A stretch of DNA of 64,000 nucleotides from Eledone cirrhosa (lineage: Eukaryota), in the NCBI GenBank assembly GCA_964016885.1, contig OZ024740.1, positions 337,900,001 through 337,964,000 on the forward strand, given 5' to 3'. Positions 54,248 through 64,000 of this stretch are shown piece after piece. Position 1 is the first letter of the stretch, and each line of letters opens with the position of its first letter. Under the pieces are notes generated by a model. That model was not told the DNA's origin, searched no databases, and was given only the letters and a program-made list of their open reading frames with translations. The translations under genes were made by a program, and so were the position numbers.

Positions 54248-55025
54248 CATCATCATCATCACTGTTTAACATTCATTTATCCATGCTAGCATGGGTTAGA
54301 TGAGTTGTCACATTGTGAGACAAGTCAGATCAGGTGACCATGTCTCGTTCATACAGAACAGATTCCGGCTTGGTTTCTACTGCTGGATACCTTTCTTAAC
54401 GCCAACCACATTGACAGTGTGGATTGACTGGGCATGTTTTGCTGTGACAGCTACATGACCATTTTACAGTGTGGGATGGGCACTTTTTCTTGTGTCACCA
54501 ACATGACCACTTTACAGTGTGGGCTGGACATTGGGTGGAGGAGGTGTGTGGGGATTGGGGAGATAGACCTAGGGAGGTAGATTGGGGAAATGGGGTGTTA
54601 GAGCGTGGGTGCATTGTTAGGACTTGGGAGGTGAAGGTGGGGCATGCTAGATGTATGCTTCAACCTATGCACAGGGGAAACTGGGTCTTCTGTATTACTG
54701 CATAATACCAGAGATCTTGGTATTGAGTCATTGCTTTTGAGAGGTGCAATTGTGCAAGGTCAGCTATTATCACCTCATCCCAAGTCTTCCATCAACTTTG
54801 AGTGCTCTGCAAATTTTTATACAGCTGTCATCCTTCATACACATCACATATCCATGCCAACACATTCTCCTCTCCTGCAAACTGCATCTGATCCCTCTTA
54901 AGCTCAGTTTCTCTCTCAGTTCATTTATGCTCTGCAGTTCACATGTATTACTATTACACATCCATCAAAGCATGCAAATTTCATTTCTTTCCAATCGTCA
55001 CAGGTCCTCTGCACAAAGTGCCTGG
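54248..55025 (-). mobile_element. Older RTE LINE 3' fragment
   Basis: MCNSN...LREKLSLRGIRC...WHGYVM. Confidence 0.8.
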
Positions 55026-55209
55026 AGAGGAGTCCAAAACTTCTATGGATGACCCTGAGCCAATCATCTGCAAATGTGCATTACAGATCAATACATAATA
55101 AACATTTTAATTAATGTAAATGAAACTTCATCATTCTAAATATATACAATCTACCTGTGCATCGAGTACTTGTTTTGGTACCACCACCAGTAATTCACTG
55201 AATCACCTA

Positions 55210-55261
<52 letters not shown>

Positions 55262-55859
55262 TATATATACATACTTATGCATATACATGTATATATATAT
55301 ATATTATATAAGACACACACACATATACATGCACACTCACTCACACAAACACACACACAAGCATGCACATCTAGATAAAATTACTTCATGATATATTCGT
55401 CTTAACTATGCATGAAAAGGAAGCTTACTTACAGAATTTGAAATACACACACAAAAAAATAGCATCAAACAAATCAACAACAACCAAAAGAATAATAATA
55501 AAAACCTCACTTGTCATTCATCGTTTATTCTGAAAATGACACCTAATTGCAAATTATTCTTTGTTCAATGTTTTTTCACTGAAGTTTATTCCATTTCAAT
55601 ATTTTGTTTCAAGACAGTTTCTATAATCATTTTGAAAACTTCATGTGTTTTTCTACTCTTCTCAAGCTGCCATCCACATGCCCATCACCACCAAATATAT
55701 ACATACAGAAAAACAAACATTTCTGCATATGCACATGTAAACAAATACAAGCACACACACACACACATATATATATGCACATAAATTCACATAAATGCAT
55801 CACCACTGTCACATAATGCAAAATACAAAAACACACATTCACACATATATTTGCACATA

Positions 55860-55870
55860 CACACACGTAT

Positions 55871-55951
<81 letters not shown>

Positions 55952-55982
55952 TGTATGTATATATGTATATGTATATATACAA

Positions 55983-56024
<42 letters not shown>

Positions 56025-56050
56025 TTGTATATATACATATATACATACAA

Positions 56051-56085
<35 letters not shown>

Positions 56086-56153
56086 CAAACATATATATAT
56101 ACATTACATACATATTTATATACATACATATATATATATATATACATACAAAT

Positions 56154-56200
<47 letters not shown>

Positions 56201-56227
56201 AACACATATATATATATACAAACACAC

Positions 56228-56260
<33 letters not shown>

Positions 56261-56393
56261 CATATTTATAATATATTATGTATAAATAATATAATTTATC
56301 ATTATCGATACTGTCTGTTTTCGTTATATATGTATGTGTGTGTGGAAAAATAGATGTTAAATGATATGACAATGAGGATATATATATATGTGT

Positions 56394-56432
<39 letters not shown>

Positions 56433-56681
56433 TATATTTATATATATGTATATATGTATATAGTGTATATATATATATATAGTATATATATATATATATA
56501 TATATAGTGTACATATATATGTGTTGTGTATATATATATATATATATATATATAGTGTATATTTATATATATGTATATATGTATATAGTGTATATATATA
56601 TATAGTGTATATACATATATATGTATATATATATGTATATATATATATAGTGTATATATATATGTATATATATATATAGTG

Positions 56682-56713
<32 letters not shown>

Positions 56714-56768
56714 TACTGTATATATATGTATATATATATATGTATATATATATATTTATATGTATATA

Positions 56769-56814
<46 letters not shown>

Positions 56815-56857
56815 GTGTATATATATGTGTATATATATATATATGTATATATATGTG

Positions 56858-56891
<34 letters not shown>

Positions 56892-56974
56892 TGTATACAT
56901 ATGTATATATATATGTATATGAATATATATATGTATGTATATATATATATATGTATGTATATATATATATGTAT

Positions 56975-57008
<34 letters not shown>

Positions 57009-57047
57009 GAGTATATATATATATGTATGTATATATATATATATATG

Positions 57048-57086
<39 letters not shown>

Positions 57087-57089
57087 GAG

Positions 57090-57120
<31 letters not shown>

Positions 57121-57160
57121 GTATGTATATATATATGTGTACATATATATGTATATATGA
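55860..57160. repeat. Long compound (TA)n/(TATG)n microsatellite
   Basis: Seen directly; source of spurious YI-rich ORFs. Confidence 0.95.
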
Positions 57161-57189
57161 AATACGTCCCTTCACGCACAAGGCGCCAA

Positions 57190-57604
57190 GGTATGCATGT
57201 ATTGTCCAACCAAATGCCAATAAATTTCGAATCCCAAAAATAAAACGGAGACCATACGGCCTTCGTTGCAAAGAGAGATTCTCGTCAGAAGGTTCTTTTC
57301 ATTCAAAGAATATAAAATGCCAATGTGGTTCAATGGCGGGTTAATAAATTAACGAGCCAGAACAAATATAAACAAGGTTTAGTAAATAATGAAAAAGTTT
57401 CAAAATAAATTTTAAAAAATTGACTTTATCCACTATAGTAACCGATCGGTAAAGGTAACTATAGTGGGTAAAGTCAATTTTTTAAAATTTATTTTGAAAC
57501 TTTTTCATTATTTACTAAACCTTGTTTATATTTGTTCTGGCTCGTTAATTTATTAATCCGCCATTGAACCACATTGGCATTTGGTTGGACAATACATGCG
57601 TACC
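57190..57604. repeat. Fold-back element (~125-bp core arms 57315-57439 and 57458-57582)
   Basis: Direct reverse-complement match; outer extension 57190-57221 / 57572-57604. Confidence 0.85.
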
Positions 57605-57629
57605 TTTAGTACGTCTTATGCTATACCTT

Positions 57630-57968
57630 CAGTACATCTTATGCTATCTTATGTATAGCATAAGATGTACTGAAGGACAATGTAGAAACAAAAATATAGT
57701 GTACATAGGTGAGACAGCTCGTAGTATAGGGGAACGAATAAATGAACACTGGCGAGACCTCCAAGATAATAAAGAATCATCTGTGCTCTACCAACATGCT
57801 AAGATAGAACACAGGGGTAGATTAGAGAACATAGAAATAAAAATAGAATCCACACACAGGAAAGATGCAATGTTTAGGCAAATTACAGAGGCAGTAAGCA
57901 TAAAAGAATTACAACCAAAATTAAATAGAAAATATGAGTGGAACAGCAACATCACAACTTACAATTAA
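57630..57968 (+). mobile_element. Nematis-like PLE GIY-YIG endonuclease fragment
   Basis: YSIRC...VYIGETARS..ERINEH...H...H...RQITEAV.I...LNRKYEW. Confidence 0.85.
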
Positions 57969-58247
57969 GGACAAAATGAAAACACACACACACATAGAAC
58001 AAACAACTTACAATTAAGGACAAAATGAAAACACACACAGGACAAAATGAAAACACACACACACATAGAACAAACAACCAACCAACAATAAATAAATAAA
58101 TAAATAAACAAATAGATAAATGAACACAAACACACACAGACACCCAGATGTGGCGCATGCGCAAACTGAGCACACAACACACACACAGAAACAAAATAGC
58201 GTAGGATAGAAGAAGGGAAAGGCACAGAAACAAAGAAAGGAATCCCC

Positions 58248-58292
58248 AGTCACTGAAGAGGTCACAGAGTGTGTGACGAAAGGACTATGACT
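58248..58292 (+). ncRNA. Type I hammerhead ribozyme downstream of the GIY-YIG ORF
   Basis: AGTCA-CTGAAGA-GGTCACA..TGTGAC-GAAAG-GA-CTA-TGACT. Confidence 0.75.
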
Positions 58293-58504
58293 ATATATAA
58301 ACAACTATCTGGTTGTGGAACCAACCAACCAACCAGAAATTTATAAGTTTGTAAATTTGTAAATTTATAAATATATAATAAATTGAAGTGAAAGCAACTG
58401 GTGCGTGTGTTTCTTATTGGCAACATGACCCTCCCAAAGTATAACAATATCGGTTTCAACACACGATTTCAGATAAAGAATCTTGCTAAACAAATTCAGA
58501 AACG

Positions 58505-59370
<866 letters not shown>

Positions 59371-59911
59371 TTTTCCTCATTTATTTCCAACTCTCTTCTA
59401 TCCTCCGATAGCTATTAATCCTATTCTATAAACGCACAATGCAAACAACACCAACAACAACAACAACAACAACAATAACCTCCTAAAAAAACCCCCCTAA
59501 AATAACCCAACAAACATCTTATAATTAGTTGTCATAATTATTTCGATTTTCTCAATTTCTTTCTAAGTTTCATATATCTTTATTGCTGCTACTTCCGGCG
59601 CTCTCCTACCCCACCACATGAACACAGCCAACCTTTCTACAATCTATTAGCCATGAAGCGTGACTATTTTCATGTCTTCAGGTAAGAGAACAAATATTAA
59701 TTTTGGGAAACATTGAATTATATACTATTAAGTGTAGGGTGATGAACACACACACACACACACATACACACATACACACATACACACATGCATACACACT
59801 CTTTCTCTCTATCGCTTTTTTTTTTCAATCATGTACACATAGTATAGAGAGTGTAAATAGTTTACATTATATACATAAATGTATGTATGTAATTGTCTTA
59901 ATATATACACC

Positions 59912-59953
<42 letters not shown>

Positions 59954-60251
59954 AATATATATATATATATGTATGTATGAATATATATATATATATGTAT
60001 ACATGAATATGTATATATATATGTATGTACGTATACGTATATATATGTTTGTGTGTGAATATATGTATGTATACATATATATATGTATGTATGAATATGT
60101 ATATATATATATATGTATGTACGTATACGTATATATATGTTTGTGTGTGAATATATGTATGTATACATATATATTATATATATATATATATACATATATA
60201 TAATATAATATAATATAAGATCAAAAGATGGTTAAAAGAGTTCCAATTATT

Positions 60252-60315
60252 TTATTATGCGCATTTCAAAAACAAATATCATCATGAGATGATATTTGCG
60301 TTTTCATCAGATGAT
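60252..60315 (-). ncRNA. Hammerhead candidate
   Basis: Minus strand CTGATGA-AAACGCAAATATCATC..GATGATATTTGTTTTT-GAAAT-GCGC-ATA; stem I is weak. Confidence 0.55.
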
Positions 60316-60791
60316 ATAGGGATACATGATATGAAGGTTAAAAAACACTTGTGAATAGTGAAGTTTTAAATCAACATATGAAAAATAATTTAAGATTGAT
60401 GTGTGATATTGGGAAAAAGTGATCTTATATTATTTATACTCCAGTCCTACAAACTGTAGAGTGCTACTTATCCGATATTTGCATTGCTTTATTGTGCTAC
60501 AATAAAACTCACCTCCTACATATATATATATATATGTGTGTGTATGTGTGTATTTATATATACACTTGTATATATAAATATATATGTATTGTAGTTGTGT
60601 GTAGTCCTTGGCAGTGTTACGTAAGTTAGGAGGAAGCTAGACGTGAAGTGAGAGGAGTGAGCTATAGGGAGCTGAAAAGGAAGAAATAATAGTTGGAACA
60701 AATAACCAAGATAAAACTATTTAAAACGGTAAACGTTTTGTGTTTTATTGTTGGTTTATGAGAAGATAGAGGTGTAGATAGTGAGGGGGTG

Positions 60792-60839
<48 letters not shown>

Positions 60840-61502
60840 TTGTAATCGTTAACAAGGGAAAATAACACAGGAGAACAATAGAATAATGGTATATTAGATT
60901 AAGGCTTGATATAGTTGGAAAAGAGTCTTAACTTTTTTGATGCTAGCCCTTTATTGAAAAATATAGAGAGAGAAGAGGATATGTTTATGAGAAAGAAGAA
61001 GAAAATAATAGACAAGAGTAATACAAGAAAGAGAACTATTACATACATATATACACACAGTACACGCTGTAAAGTGGATGGTGATAGGAAGGGCATCCAA
61101 CTGTAGAAATCTTGCTGGAAGAAGAGTCAGAAGGACCCTCCTATCGTGTCAAGGACATGACAACCTCCCTAGTGTTGGTGATTTACACGATAATTGTTTC
61201 CAGTACACACTGTAAATTGGTTGGTGATAAGAAGGTCATCCAGCCGTAGAAATCTTGTCAAACAAAGGATTGGGAAGACCGCCAGTTGTGTCAAAGGCAT
61301 GACAACTTCTCCTGGCACTCGATGGAATGTGAGATCGTACGTAAGCAAGACACAGATCCCTGTCTTGTTTGGGAGATCAGTGATTTTGCTTCAGTAAGGA
61401 CTTGATCTATATAGACCTGTCTAACTCTTACTAGCAGGGAAAGCAGATGTTAAAACGACAATGATGATGACGACACACACACATATATATATATATATTT
61501 AT

Positions 61503-61705
61503 GTTTCTTTATTAGCCACAGGGGCACAAAAGAAGGGGACAAATACAAAGGGGGAAGTTTACATAGAATAAAAATGTGTAAAATATTATCACAAATGCAA
61601 TTGAAAAGTTAATCGATTTTCCCCAATAGGGGGAGACATTTCATATGGGTAACACATACCCCCGAACAAAATGTGCAGCCCTCATCTCCAGGAGTACGAA
61701 GAGAT
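61503..61705 (-). mobile_element. Tx1-like LINE 3' UTR fragment
   Basis: Minus strand CCCCTATTGGGGAA...GTGGCTAATAAAGAAA, resembling 18945-19138. Confidence 0.5.
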
Positions 61706-61779
61706 ATATAGATAGATAGATACACTTACACACATGCACATGCATACATGTTTGTGTATGTATATATATATATATATAA

Positions 61780-61971
61780 CGAAGGAAATGTGGTAAGGAA
61801 CCAGGTGGACCATAACGCACCAAAGTACTCAATACTTGAGGTAGTAGAGTGGGTAATAGGAACCAGTAAGACCCCGACAGCTGAACTCAAGCCGTTTCGA
61901 CGGCTAATTCTGTCCAGAATTAGCCGTCGAAACGGCTTGAGCTCAGCTGTCGGGGTCTTACTGGTTCCTAT
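61780..61971. mobile_element. PLE pLTR-like fold-back
   Basis: 57-bp arms 61856-61912 and 61915-61971; same family as 5889-6052. Confidence 0.6.
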
Positions 61972-62246
61972 ATATATATATATATATATATCATCATCAT
62001 CATCACCGTTTTACGTCCGTTCTTCCATGCTAACATGGGTTAGACGGGTTGTCCTGTTGTGGGCAGTGTCTGGTTGGCTGACCATGCCTTGCTCATACAG
62101 GAACTGATGTATATATACGTATATATGATACCAACTGGCCAGCAATGGTTTACTGAATACGCACGTGGTTTTCGCAAAACATTTTTTGCTTCCTTCCTCT
62201 TCTTCTCACCCTTTACCTTTCCATTTCATCTTTTATTTCTCATTCT

Positions 62247-62284
62247 ATCTTCTGATGAAGGACCAGTGTCTGAAACTTTCAGAC
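62247..62284 (+). ncRNA. Minimal hammerhead candidate
   Basis: TCTT-CTGATGA-AGGAC-CAGT-GTCT-GAAAC-TTTC-AGA. Confidence 0.5.
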
Positions 62285-62393
62285 TCTTTTCCTACTATAT
62301 CAAGCGTTAAACTAATATAATTCTACATTGTACTGTGTTTTCTTTGTTATTTCTATACACTTCCTTTTATCTGTTCGACAGAACCTTTCAACA

Positions 62394-62554
62394 CAAATTA
62401 TTTATGTGTGTGTATATATATATAAGTAGTAACACAACAGTTAGTTCACCATACCGAGAACAATTGTTTAACTTTAGCGGTGAAACAATTGTTCTTGGTA
62501 TGGTGAACTAACTGTTGTGTTACTACTTATATATATATACACACAAATAATTTG
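62394..62554. repeat. Fold-back hairpin (family of 22583-22660)
   Basis: Arms ~62407-62469 and 62483-62545. Confidence 0.85.
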
Positions 62555-62842
62555 CATGTGCAATCTCTACATGCACATAAATAAATAACGCATGTGCAAT
62601 CTCTACACGCTTGAATATGTACTTCTTTCTCAATGCCCCTTTAATTATTAGACTGTTCTCTCTGTCGCATGTATTCCACTCTGTGCTTTTAATTTGAATT
62701 ATTGTACAATTCTCGTATAATATATGTCGCATACATTACACCCTGTAAATACTAAACTGTTGTTCACAACATCAATATATATATGTATCTATATGATTGT
62801 TCAGTTGAATAGGAGGTGAATTATATGTACAAACATTGATAA

Positions 62843-62889
62843 TGCTCCGATGATTCCAAAATAAAGTTTGGAAGAAACATTTGTCAGCG
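62843..62889 (+). ncRNA. Hammerhead variant with CCGATGA core
   Basis: TGCT-CCGATGA-TTCCAAA..TTTGGAA-GAAAC-ATTT-GTC-AGCG. Confidence 0.65.
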
Positions 62890-63082
62890 ATTAAATGATT
62901 TGAACATAACTTTGATACTTGTGTAATTTATATTCCTGCTCTGTAAAACACCTGATGTTCTTACATTGAGCTATTTCTCTTACTGGTAATAAGGTAGTAA
63001 TAAATTACTGACCTTTCCTGTTTATAGTTATTTATAGTATAGTATATACATAACTATAAATAGTATCATTATTATTATATAT

Positions 63083-63113
<31 letters not shown>

Positions 63114-63119
63114 CGCACA

Positions 63120-63165
<46 letters not shown>

Positions 63166-63167
63166 TA

Positions 63168-64000
63168 TACCTAGGTGACCGAATTAGCAGCGGAGGTGGG
63201 TGTTCAGAAAGTACAATAACTAGGGTAAGAACGGGATGGAAGAAGTTCAGGGAACTACTGCCACTGCTAGCTGCAAAAGGCTTCTCCCTCAAAATGAAAG
63301 GCAGACTGTATGATGCGTGTATACAAACAGCAATGTTACATGGTGGTGAGACCTGGGTGCAGAAGGTGGAAGACTTACGTAGATTAGAAAGAAACGAAGC
63401 CTGCATGCTCCGATGGATGTGTAATAGTAATATACGCGAACGGCAAAGCATAAATGAATTGAGAGAGAGACTGAGCATAAGAGGAAACAAATGCTGTGTG
63501 CAGGAGAGGCGGTTGCGTTGGTCTGGACATGTGATGCTTATGAAGGATGACAGCTGCATAAAATGTGCAGAGTACTAGAAGTCAATGGAAACCGCGGAGT
63601 GGGGAGACCCAAGAAGACCTGGGATGAGGTGATAAAAACCGACCTTGCCCAATTACACATCTCAAAAGCGATGACACATGACTGTGACCTCTGGCATCAC
63701 GCAATAATGCAGAGTACTCGACCTCCTATGGGTACAAGCTGAAGCATATAGACAATATGCCCCCACACCCTCCCACTGCAAAGTGGTCGTGGAGGTGCCA
63801 CGGAAAAAAAGCACCCACCACTCACTGTAAATGAGGTTAGTGTTAGGAAGGGCATCCAACTGTAGAAATCAAGCCAAAATCAGTTCCTGTATGAGCAAGG
63901 CATGGTCAGCCGACCAGACACTGCCCACAACAGGACAACCCATCTAACCCATGCTAGCATGGAAGAATGGACGTAAAACGGTGATGATAATGATGATGAT
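63168..64000 (+). mobile_element. RTE LINE 3' fragment
   Basis: YLGD...MKGRLYDAC...RRLRWSGHVM; UTR and (GAT)n tail. Confidence 0.9.

Overview
AT-rich, microsatellite-dense eukaryotic DNA made almost entirely of interspersed repeats. The repeat content (tRNA-derived SINEs, RTE LINEs with (GAT)n tails, long (TA)n/(CA)n/(TACA)n tracts) looks like a coleoid cephalopod such as Octopus; this is an inference from repeat style. I cannot identify an intact host protein-coding gene, and most ORF-track entries are microsatellite artefacts. Recognisable coding remnants are all retrotransposon fragments: RTE, CR1, R4/Dong-like and CRE-like (RLE endonuclease), Tx1/L1-like, and Penelope-like elements (PLEs) resembling the Neptune, Naiad (two) and Nematis clades. 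A hAT-type element, a Helitron-like element and a MITE family are also present. The most notable hidden layer is RNA structure: (1) about 14 type I hammerhead ribozyme (HHR) motifs on both strands, two of them sharing a non-canonical CCGANGA core; (2) several fold-back insertions whose apex or arm boundary falls in an HHR 3' half or at its cleavage site; (3) a circularly permuted ~530-bp HHR unit resembling a non-LTR retrozyme; (4) a ~290-nt GC-rich multibranched fold in the 3' region of a Naiad-like PLE. All structures and coordinates were read by eye and are approximate.
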